From Mytilus californianus (lineage: Eukaryota): 64,000 nt of DNA. Below, one piece after another: positions 1 to 11,403 of this stretch; positions within the stretch are counted from its first letter, which is position 1, and each line of letters begins with the position of its first letter. The notes under the pieces are model-generated. The model saw only the letters and a program-made list of their open reading frames with translations. It made no database searches and was not told where the DNA came from. The stretch spans positions 59,582,001-59,646,000 of the forward strand of contig NW_026262679.1 of the NCBI RefSeq assembly GCF_021869535.1, given 5' to 3'. Position numbers and translations under genes: made by a program.

Positions 1-2449
1 AAACCAAACCAAACAATTTGTTAATGTGCAAACTAGCACTATAGTCAAAGATATTCTTTGAAAATTTATTAAAAATTAACTTTGCTCGAGGATGTTGGAA
101 CTGTACGATGTTTAAAAAAATCTAAATCTTCTGAGATTTTATGTATGGGAAAATGCATGGTTTACGTCGATGCAATAATGACTTGATGTATAATACCTAC
201 AGCAATATTGGGTTTGGTACCGACCATTGGCATTAAAAAATCGATTTATTTGATTGTATTGAAGTATGGCTTGATTATTCATAAATTACCTATATTTCAA
301 AAATATGTTAATAAAGCTTACTCTCTTTATTTTCGTATATTTCCTTTTCGTTGTATATCAATAATCAGATGTTCAACTGCTTTACACATCAAATTCATTA
401 ATTACTATTTATATTTATCGTACATTATGTACAAGAAGTCGTAAATGAGCAATTTTACAACAAACCGTATACTTCACGATAAATTCAAATACGACAGACA
501 TACATGCTTGGTAAGCATTTTTTGTCTTTAAATCATTCTATCCATGGCGATTTAATAGAATTTTATTATCTTTGTTGTATTTTTTTTTATATTCTTCCAG
601 GTCCATTTCCATTAATAACAGCATCCAGCAATCATTTAATCTGAAATGATCTCTAAATATCAACATGCATGTTAGACACAGTTGTGCAAACAATCAATCT
701 GTCATAGTAGAAACCAGCTGATTACAGGACATTTGATAGTTCATGAAAATGACTCATGTACTTTAATCATGTATAATTCAGGTTTATAAAGCATGGATAA
801 TAACTTACGGAACTTAAATAAACAAATCACGAAACTGTAGTGTGTTCTAATATTTGTGCCAGTTTGAAATTGACGTTGACATTTTATCAAAAAGCATAAT
901 TCATTGACTGAAGATTTAAAACAAAAAAAAGTGTACGGATTGGTATGTTAGTCTTAGATATATGATTTTTTAAATTAGTTGTTGTTGGCTTTAAAGTACT
1001 CTCAGATCTATACTTAGTGTCTTTTTTGTTGTGGGATGTATAGATACGCTGCTACGTCCGGTCTGTGTTTTCGTTAGATGTATTCTTCTTTGTATCGATC
1101 TGATGAGTTAGGCTATTTTCAACTGATTTTTATATTTTGTTCTTATGTTGTACTGTTACACCACTGTTCCAGGTTAGGGGAGGGTTGAGCGCTCACATAG
1201 ATGTTAAACCCCGCCACATTATTTATGTGCATGTCTCAAGTCAGGAGCCTCAGGTTTAGTTATACCCTTAAATATGCAAAGTAAGCTGTCAAAGTGATAA
1301 TTGGTGTGATTCTTATAGTTGTTATCTTATGTTGGATGGACAATAAAGCCTTTATATTTTATGTACTTATGTATCCCGTCATACTTTGAACGACAAAATT
1401 ATTTTATATCTACCTGTGTGACGTCAAACGCGCGATTCTACGCCAGTATTTAAAACCTTCCATCCTTTATGGATGGATTTTACATAGATAAATAAAATCA
1501 TATAATAAAAAAGCAAAATGAGGATGTTAACTTTGATGTATGCCTTTTTGTGCATCTTTGTTACATTTGTTTGTTTTTATAGTGATTAAGATGATAACAC
1601 AATGTTGACTGCTGTACCCCTATTTATGACATTTTTAACTATTGTGTCTGTTTGTTTTGTTCACGCATCGTTGTCAATATAATGGAATTTGATGCGACTG
1701 TCATACAAGTGAGAGGTTTAGCTAGCTATAAAACCAGGTTCAATCCACCATTTTCTACATTGAAAATGCCTGTACCAAGTCAGGATTATGACAGTTGTTA
1801 TCCATTCGTTTGATGTGTTTGAGCTTTTGATTTTGCCATTTGATTAGGGACTGTCCTTTTTGAATTTTCCTCGGAGTTCAGTATTTTTGTGATTTTACTT
1901 TTTTTTAGAACAGTTATAAACAAAAACCGTATCCTTTTTTCAGCGTTTATTATTTAACCCGAAAACGACTTGTCACTAAATTTGAACTTGTTAAGAGCAA
2001 CACATCGAATGTCCCTACTGACTTTGGTGTGAAACTATTTAACATTTCAAAGCAAGTGAGTCACCTATAGTTTATGGTTTGGTCGATGATGCTCAATTTT
2101 ATTTTGAGCATTTCTTTGTCTTGTTGCCATGGTGTTTTGTGTCTTCAATCGAAGTATGGTTTTTGATTGCTCAATTTGTATCTTCGGCCTGCTCCATGTT
2201 TAGATAGTGTCGAATGAAACTAGTGATGTATACGTCATTACTCAATAACACTGTAAATACTCAATAACAGAATATTGTTGAAACTTGATAACGTGTAACA
2301 CACTTTGCTACTCAACAGACTGTTATTGAACGTTAGTAGCTTGTTATTGTCTCAGATCAAAAGAACTTCAGGGAAAGATAACCGAGATATCTTATTTGCC
2401 ATTTATAATGTTATAAAGAACTGTTCTTGATAAATGAAATCGATTGGAA

Positions 2450-3497
2450 CAAGAAGTTTATATATCTCAACTTGTACGATTCGCTCGTGTATGTAACAAT
2501 GTTTTAGATTTTAACGAGAGAAATGTATGTATTACTGAAAAATTATTACACCAGGGTTTTCGATATCACAAACTAGTCAAACATTTACTAAATTTTATCA
2601 TCGGTATAAGGACATCATTCGTAAATATAGCTCAACATGCAGACTTCTTATACGTTCAGGTATTTCACATCCAATTTTTTATGGAAATATTCTTTATAAA
2701 GCACAAAAATGTCAGTATTCACCTCTGAAACTAACAAAACCTTTAAATAGACTTATTAAGAAGGGATATAGTTACGATACTGTTGTCAGGTCATTAAAGA
2801 TTGCATATTTTGGCGTTGATATTGATTCACTTATAGGGTCTTTGCATCTGCACTAAACACATTTATTTAAAAACCAGTTGTTGGCATGACACGGGTTATG
2901 TTCTTCTCATATATGTTATGATGGTATGATACTAAACCCCTAACGGGAAGGATTGTGCCTGATATTCATATGATGAAGACATAATCTTTCAATCAGTTTA
3001 ATTGAAGTCTGGAGCTGGCATGTCAGTTAACTGCTAGTAGTCTGTTGTTATTTATGTATTATTGTCATTTTGTTTATTTTCTTTGGTTACATCTTCTGAC
3101 ATCAGACTCGGACTTCTCTTGAACTGAATTTTAATGTGCGTATTGTTATGCGTTTACTTTTCTACATTGGCTAGAGGTATAGGGGGAGGGTTGAGATCTC
3201 ATAAACATGTTTAACCCCGCCGCATTTTTGCGCCTGTCCCAAGTCAGGAGCCTCTAGCCTTTGTTAGTCTTGTATTATTTTTAATTTTAGTTTCTTGTGT
3301 ACAATTTGGAGTTTAGTATGGCGTTCATTATCACTGAACTAGTATATATATTTGTTTAGGGGCCAGCTGAAGGACGCCTCCGGGTGCGGGAATTTCTCGC
3401 TGCATTGAAGACCTGTTGGTGGCCTTCTGCTGTTGTCTGTTCTGTGGTCGGGTTGTTGTCTCTTTGACACATTCCCCATTTCCATTCTCAATTTTAA
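2450..3497 (+). mobile_element. 5'-truncated Penelope-like element (RT C-terminus) continuous with a high-copy repeat tail
   Basis: YISQLVRFARVCNNVLDFNERNVCITEKLLHQGFRYHKLVK, then after a frameshift FTKFYHRYKD..., ending near 2856. The downstream 2815-3280 recurs inverted at ~23230-23716. Confidence 0.75.
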
Positions 3498-3526
3498 TTC
3501 TTGAAATACATGTAATTTGATTCGAG

Positions 3527-3568
3527 CGTCACTGATGAATCTTTTGTAAACGAAACGCGCATCTGGCG
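3527..3568 (+). ncRNA. Degenerate type I hammerhead ribozyme motif
   Basis: CGTCA-CTGATGA-ATCT(TTTGT)AAAC-GAAA-CGCGCA-TC-TGGCG: core intact, with mismatches in stems II and III. Confidence 0.6.
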
Positions 3569-5328
3569 TATAAAATTTCAATCCTGGTATCTATGAGGAG
3601 TTTATTTAGCTAATAGTAAAACCAAGTTCTTAATTAAATCAAGAATGTACAGTTCGTTCTAGGATGGTGATATGTTTTATTAGGGAATGTTGTTGGAACT
3701 AGTTAGATTTTCTATTGTGGTATGTTAGTTGAACTAGGCTATTTTGTTACTGTCGTATATCTTAGGAATATTGGCGAAAAAGCTAGTTCCGCTACTGTCA
3801 TATCTAAGATATGGTATAGAAAGATACCAAAGCGATAACAACTCAATGGCTAAAAAAGAAAAAAAATCGAAAAGACAAACAATAGTTTAAAAAACACAAC
3901 ATAGATAACTAAAAACTGAGCAACATGAATCATATCAAAACCCGTAGTTGATCTTAGGTGTTCCAGAAGGGTAAGCAGGCCGTGAACTTATGTGGCACCT
4001 GTAGTGTTGCTCATGTACAATGTTAGTATCGATTCGTTGATGTGTATTTAGTGACGACAGAATCGAGGAAAAGAGGGCGAGGTTATGGCTACGACAATTG
4101 GAACATATTCTTCGTCATCTGTGAAACAGATATTTCTTAACCGTTAACCAACTCATGTACCTTTTTTAGGAGGGATGACTTCAACTTTACCACTTGCAAC
4201 CTTTGGTTTGTTTGCTTCCTTGTTAGCAGTTTTGTTATTTTCAAATGTCTACTGATTGTAAACGGAACTATGTATTGTCATTACAGTCGTATGTGTTAGG
4301 CATATTAGTTGAACTAGATAGTATTTTCAGTGTCGTATGTCTAATGACTGTTCGTGAAATATAACCAATGCATCTGCATTTTATGTTTACAATTCATTTG
4401 TATTGGTACCGTCAAACAAATCCTTTTTTTTTTTCTTATATTGTTTCCAACAGATGTTTAATCTTTGTAAAGCGTGGTAAACGAACACACTCACACGTAA
4501 CACACATAAATGGCATTTATTTTGTGAATATCAAGGAAGGACGATAGTGTTCATCTTGGTAAAATTTAAAAAAGATATATTTTCTTTTTATAACGTTTAA
4601 TTCTAAAAATTGTTCAGCTCCTTTTCTCATAAGGAGATAATGATTGATTACAAATAAAAGAAAACTAACCATAAAGACTCGAGGAAAAAAAATAAACAAA
4701 TATGGGTCACCATACAGGCTTCAACAATGAGCAAAACCCATAGTAAGCTCTAAAAGGCCCCATTATATCTTCATATTATATTGTATTCTTAGTATTACAA
4801 GAGAAAAAAAAATAACTTTAATAAACCAGAAAAACACGCACCTATATCGCATATAGTTGAAAAGATGAAACTGTGTACAATAAAAAAAAAAGTGTGGTCG
4901 CAAAAATCAAGAATGGCCACATTTTTGTGAAATTGATTTCAAGAGTCAAACCTTAGATATATAATGAATTATATATTATGAGAAATAATTATAAATATAT
5001 GAGAAAAACTGATGGAATTTTCTGAGATATATTCATTAAAATGCTACAAAAACGATTGTATCACAACAATGTATTGCAATAGATGCCAAAACGACAAGTT
5101 TGACTATTCGCATGAAGAGCTGTCATTTCAAAAATTTTCCATTTATGACAAAATATAGATGTGACCTTGACTTTTAAAACCGATTAGCTTTTAAATTGTT
5201 AATATTTTTCAGCACAACGTTTATTGAAATCATTTTCTAATCCGTATTTCACCAGTTTCACAATATTTTTAACCAAAATGTAGGCACTATAAGTCTACAG
5301 ATCAGTTGATTAAACCCCCCTCCCCCTC

Positions 5329-5359
<31 letters not shown>

Positions 5360-5849
5360 ATTGTCATTTGAAGCGAAAGTGAGGTGTGATTCGCTTTGTT
5401 TTACCTATTGGTTCAGTTTAAAATAGAATCAGTTTTATGCCATGGGCATTTTCTTGTAGGGATTATTCTAATGAAAATGTGTTGTCATACCTAATTGTTA
5501 AAGACGTTATTGATTAGAAACTCGATTTTCTAACGTTGTAATTTGATTTTCGGTCAAGGCAATTTTTTAGTTTGTCTTTGAAGAGCCACATACACCAGCT
5601 CTGGTTGTTATTAAAAGGTAATAGACAGTAAAAATGCTATGAAAGTTACACTGAGAAATAATATAAAAAGATCTTAGCTAGACGTCATATTTTTTGTAAT
5701 CGTTTGGGGATATACTCTGTGTATTAGCACTGCACCACGCTTCACTTCCTTAACACGTGCAAAGTTTGGTGCAAGACAGATTTTGTTCAGAACAAAAATA
5801 AACCTTTTGAGGACAAAGATTTTGTAAAACTTGCAAGTATTCGGAACAC

Positions 5850-6300
5850 ATTAGCGCCTTGAAAAAGACAAGCATCCTTCCCAGCCTGAGTCTAAATCAG
5901 ACTGTTGTGTTGGCTGTGCTACATGTGAAGAAGTCCAAATACTGGTCTGCAACGAAACTCTTATGACATGTTGCAGGGAAGTTGATTTGCATAGGTACAC
6001 TTTGAGCTAGCTGGCATCTTTATGTTTAGCTTTCCTAACCATAAGTTTATTAAGATCAGCGTGATGAAATTTATGGTCATAGAGCCTTGCAAAAAATGTT
6101 CTATTGACATCATCATATTTTTCAATGTCATCGTCTGAAATGTGGTCTAAATCACTAGTACTGAAGTCAACATCTTTTTGCCTTAATTTTTGTAAACAGT
6201 TTTTGTCCCTATTCCAAACATTGACGATGAGGTGCAACATCGGGTAAAACATAATTAGCTGATGAAATTGGCACATTACGGGGCTACACATAATACACAT
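5850..6300 (-). pseudogene. Decayed fragment of a PIN/FEN1-like (H3TH, 'GCD...LPPT...H..R...Q...W') domain of the kind found in large invertebrate transposon ORFs
   Basis: Frame-shifting translation gives FTRCCTSSSMFGIGTKTVYK (cf. LTGCDTTSSFFGIGKKTV), RTFFARLYDHKFHHADLNKL, and QHVIRVSLQTSIWTSSHVAQPTQQSDLDSGW (cf. QH..RA..Q..IW...H...P.....GW). The superfamily is not assigned. Confidence 0.55.
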
Positions 6301-6867
6301 CCCTAATGTACAGTTGATCTAAGACGTGTTTGGTTATTTAGTGTAGCCCTTTTCGTATTTATGGTCTCAAACGTTATATATTTTTGCCTTCAGAATTTGT
6401 GTTCTCGAGCGTACCCGTTGAGGATTATTCATGTTGTGCACACGGAGATCATATCTTCAGTTACTAACTTAGATAATGGTTTGTAAAATCAAAGTATTTC
6501 AGCGTTCTGAATTAGCACCCTAGAATGTGCTTTTCTGGATTTTCTGTCTTAGTAAAAAATATTTTCAAAAGCAAACGATATGTAAATGTTTCTCGCTGCA
6601 TTGAAGACCCATTGGTGGCCTTCGGCTGTTGTCTGCTCTATGATCGGGTTGTTGTCTCTTTGACAAAAAGTTAAAGATTGATAATATTTTTTTTGAGATG
6701 AAGTCTACGGGTCGCCAAGAATAAAAATAAGCATGAAATTCCAAATTCATTTTTCTGAAAGTGCTGAAAAAATCTGGTCGGCAAATCTGTAAACTGATAA
6801 AATAAAGAATACTGGCCTAAAAACATCATATTCATTTCCGAATATGTAGTAGACAAAAAACAGATAT

Positions 6868-7593
6868 GATGATAAATTTGAGGAACTTGAAAGCTCAACA
6901 TTAAATGACAAATAATGCTATTTCTATCCAAGCCTGCAAACAAATAAAGAGACAGATTATTCGAAATCTGCATAGTTGGCATGCGAGCAGCAATATCGCG
7001 TCATCTTACCAGTCCACCATTTAATCGTAAATGTTAACTTGATGAACGATAACTCATACATGACGTCTAATCATGTAAAAACCTTAAACAAAGATGTTAT
7101 GGTGCACAAAAAATCATGTAGCTGAAGGCGACATACAGCGGTAGTAATCAAGTGTTTTTTTTTTAACACGGATACACCAGTTACAATTCAAAATAAAGTT
7201 TTCTGGGACTTGATGTTAAATTTTGGTAGACGAGGACAGGAGGGGCTAAAGAGCTTGAAAAAGTCATCTTTCGGTAAACTCACAGATGAAAAGGGTAACA
7301 CTTACTACACAATGACCTATAACGAGGCCAATAAAACACACCACAAAGTAGATTCAGACAAGAGGTCCGTGTGTATTAAAAATGAGAAGATATTAACTGC
7401 CCAGTTGCAAGCTTGAATTTCTATTTATCTAAATTAATCAGTCCTAAATGTAATGCATTGTTTCAGCAGCCATTGCTTTATCCAAAACCAAAATATTGGT
7501 ATGCTTATAAAGCAATTTGGAAAAAAACTAAATGAGAATGTAAAGATATGTTTCCGGAAATAACAAATAAGTGTATCAAAGCACTTTATTTGA
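6868..7593 (+). mobile_element. Duplicate of Crypton exon 2 (exon 1 lost with block C)
   Basis: Copy of ~12985-13710 within block B; includes ORF 7210..7416 (LNFGRRGQEGLKSLKKSSF). Confidence 0.8.
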
Positions 7594-7779
7594 CTAAAAA
7601 CATATTAAAAAGAGTAATTAAATCTGTTATCTGCCTTTGAAAGATTAAAAAGAACTGCAACTGAAAAAACAGAAGAAAAGCAAAGTACATATTAAAAACA
7701 TGTCTGCAAGAAAACACTTAGTTTTTTTTTATCGAGTTGGAATAATAGTTCATATAAAAGTACCCCCAACACAACGAAA

Positions 7780-8023
7780 TTACTTTGGTTTCAGATATAA
7801 GTCTTTGGTTAGCATATATAGATGACGGCTGCGGATTTTGTCTTATCATATTCTTTGACACTTTCAGACTTTGCTACTAATTCTCGAGCCATTTTCCCAC
7901 ATACTCTGGTTAAAATCTGAAGAAAATCTTGTTCGTAGTTGGTATCTAATAATTTCTCAAATACGTGAAACAGACAGTACATGAGCCATCCTCCTTTACT
8001 TGGATCGGATATACCCAGTCTGC
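7780..8023 (-). pseudogene. Duplicated copy of caspase exon 4 with a 1-bp deletion
   Basis: Copy of 13897..14141 with TAT CAT ATG changed to TAT ATA TGC TAA, so it ends AVIYIC* (stop at 7809) instead of AVIYHMLTKDLYLKPK*. Confidence 0.85.
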
Positions 8024-8382
8024 CTGTAAACAAATAATATATACAAAAATAGTAGATGTACATAAAAGCATGTAAATAAATTAGTGGGTACCCGAAGGGT
8101 CAAAACCAGCTATAAAATTCGCGGTGAAATCAACTTTAGTATCAAAAGTAAATATTTGATGACAAAATATGTGTAGCTATCTGACAAATACAACATAAAC
8201 AAGTGAATCGACTATCATATTTTTGTCAGAAATGTGTCTTTATGCTTGGCACAGACTTTGCTTTTTGCAAAGATTACGCGTGATATGGGCACATTATGTA
8301 ATCATGTTTAATAATATAAACTATGTTTGACATGGTGTTCATAAAAGATTAACATTAGTAAATTTTTACTTGCTATACATAC

Positions 8383-8557
8383 CAGAGGAACAGGTAAACA
8401 TAACCAAAAAATCCTCATCACATGGTATTTGGAAAACAGATTCTTCGTTCATATTCTCTGTAGATGAAACTGCATTGCATTTTGCAGATTTATCTTGAAT
8501 ATCAAATCCTTTGTCAATATCACTAGTCTTTGAAACACCACCAACACATCGACATGC
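8383..8557 (-). pseudogene. Duplicated copy of caspase exon 3 (frame and splice sites intact)
   Basis: Same sequence and splice sites as 14557..14731, inside duplicated block 6665..9612. No upstream exons were duplicated with it. Confidence 0.85.
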
Positions 8558-11403
8558 CTATGAAAAAAAAATTTAGGAGGAAGATTTAATTCATTGTTGT
8601 CGCTATCTATGGTTAAAATGTTTAAGAAATTGACTGGTCGCAAAAGGGAAAAGGGAAAAGCTGAGCCTACCAGAATAATCAAAGAACATTTTTTTAATAC
8701 ACTTCTTTAGGGTTAAGTCCATAATAAGTAATAACATGACAATCTTGTTTATTATTCCTTCCGACGACATTATTTCTAATGATGGATATTTAAAGAAAAC
8801 GCATAATATCTAAAAATTTAGAAAAGAATACTAAGAAAAATGGGTAAAAAATTCTACTCTACGTTCACAATTTACCTAATAAGATCTATAAAAATACAAT
8901 TCATTAGACTGCATCAGTTATATACTTTTGTATGTAAAATTTGTTCATCTAATATATTATGCTTGTAAATTCCATTTGCGAATTTAGAAGAGAGGAATGA
9001 TTTACAAAATATTTTCAATCGACATCTCTTTACCCTATAAGTAGACGTACAATATACTTGTAGGGATATTCTATATATAAAAATAAATCATTTTCAGTTT
9101 GACATTTTTAACATCCAACTTGACAATTTTAAGTTCCAACTTGATTGTTCTCAGTTACTAATATGCAAAGTAGTATTTAAATTCCCTAGGAACAAAGTTC
9201 AGGACAACTATTTTTTATCTATATGGTTTACTTTGGCAGTTGCTAGTAAAACTAATGTTAAAATGTTTATGGTCATCAACATTTATATATAGTCTTTAAC
9301 ATATATCAATTCGGATGTTGGAGGTCCTTCGAGAAATTAAATATCATATACATATATTCGTTATATTCTATTAAAATTTAAAAACAAGCATTTTTGTTTA
9401 GGGGCCAGCTTTTCTCGCTGTGTTGAAGACCCATTGGTGACCTTCGGCTGTTTTCTGCGCTTCGGTCGGGTTGTTATCTCTATGACACATTCCCCATTTC
9501 CATTCTCAATTTTATTTGCATTGCACATGATCATGTTGTTCTCTGACTGTTAATGACGCCTTTATACTCAATCCATTGGATGTTGAATGTGAACTGATTG
9601 ACATTTTAGTCTAATACATAATACACATCCCTAATGTACAGTTGATCTAAGACGTGTTTGGTTATTTAGTGTAGCCCTTTTCGTATTTATGGTCTCAAAC
9701 GTTATATATTTTTGCCTTCAGAATTTGTGTTCTCGAGCGTACCCGTTGAGGATTATTCATGTTGTGCACACGGAAATCATATCTTCAGTTACTAACTTAG
9801 ATAATGGTTTGTAAAATCAAAGTATTTCAGCGTTCTGAATTAGCACCCTAGAATGTGCTTTTCTGGATTTTCTGTCTTAGTAAAAAATATTTTCAAAAGC
9901 AAACGATATGTAAATGTTTCTCGCTGCATTGAAGACCCATTGGTGGCCTTCGGCTGTTGTCTGCTCTATGATCGGGTTGTTGTCTCTTTGACACATTCCC
10001 CATTTCCATTCTCAATTTTATATCAGCAGTATTTAGTCAAGAAGAGTCCGAAAGGAATTTCTTTAACGTTCAGTTTGCCAGAGGATGTATGAATCGTTGT
10101 TTTTGATTAATTTTCTTAATTCATCTTCTGAGATTTTCTGCATGGAAAAAGGCATGCTTTGTGTCGAATGATTACTGGATGTATAATAGCCTCGGTAAGA
10201 TCAGCAGTGGTACCGACCCAGTGACAGTGAATAAAAAATCGATTTAAGATTAATTTGATATCTTAAAATGAACATGGATTGCGTATTCACAAAAACCTCT
10301 ATCAAAAAATTTCACAGTAAAACTTATTCTCCCTTTTCTTGCATCACCATTCATTGTATTAGAACAATCTTACAGTCAACTGCCTTCTACGTGATAAGGT
10401 TGTTTTTGTTATTCATGCACTATTCCATGTATATATATATTCATACATTAATTTACTTGTAATCTTAAATAAACAAAATTTTACGACATACATATAAATG
10501 ACAAAGGGAAACATGGTTAGAGGTTTTTGTTGTTAATGCATTCTATTCATGGAGAGATAATAACATTTTAGCATTTTATTATATCGTCTTCCGGGCCCAT
10601 TTCCGTTATTTGCAGCATCTAGCAAACATTTTATTTCGAATTATCAACATGCATGTTAGACACAGTTTTAAAGACAAACAATCAGGCATGCTAGAAATTA
10701 ATTGATTAACAATTGTTGGTTTAACAAAGAATAGCTCATGTACTCTAATCATGCTTATTTCATGTTGATAAAACATAGGTAATATTTTAGCAACATAAAC
10801 AGACAAATCACGAAACTTAATGTCTTTTATAGTTTGTGTTTCTTTTGTGTTAGTTTAAAATTGACGTTAAAGTTTTATCAGAAAAACTAAATTTGTTCAC
10901 TGAAGATTTAAAAAAAACCTTAAGTTATATATTATCTAGATCTATTTCAGATTTAGTTACACACATAATGTACAAACCGTACTCTGGTTGCATGGTAACT
11001 TGTATAACTTTAATAGCGGTCATACGATTTTGGATTGTATTAACAATAAAGACTTCATTCGTAGAACAATTGTTTACAATCACATATGACGTGCTTCTTT
11101 CGTTTTGTAAACAAAGCCATGCTCGAAAACCAATAAAATTTATTTGCACATGCGTATGTTGACTACTGCAGAAAAAATAGATTTTATCAAATTGGCATGC
11201 ATTTAATATATGTTATTAACTTAAAACACTTTCAAACTCTTAAATGACGCACATTTTGTTACTAATAAATAAACAACGACTACAATGTGTTACAATTCGC
11301 AATTGACATAATTGACCTAGATACGGCAACGTTCATGTTGGCTTTTCAAAACTCCTCCCTCTGAAAAACATATTTCATGGCGTCTGCTTGTTTACAGACA
11401 AAA

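Larger units (their letters stand above)
6287..9612. repeat. Recent tandem segmental duplication, left copy (blocks A 6287-6665 and B 6665-9612)
   Basis: Block A matches 9616-9993 and block B matches 12782-15786 nearly base for base. Differences are a few SNPs, 1-bp indels, a 56-bp indel (14345-14400 missing on the left) and absence of 9994-12781. Confidence 0.95.

Noticed and set aside
1099-1135. CTGATGA in the common repeat as a hammerhead (also isolated CTGATGA near 24533 and 57046)
   Set aside because: No stem II followed by GAAA and no UH cleavage site.
3339-3581. ORFs inside high-copy repeats (also 6565..6750, 9853..10092, 21831..22142, 36939..37180)
   Set aside because: Chance frames in non-coding repeats, not conserved between copies.
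5315-5360. C-run followed by A-run
   Set aside because: Low-complexity homopolymer; it could form a G4 on the minus strand but nothing else supports a function, and the length is unreliable.
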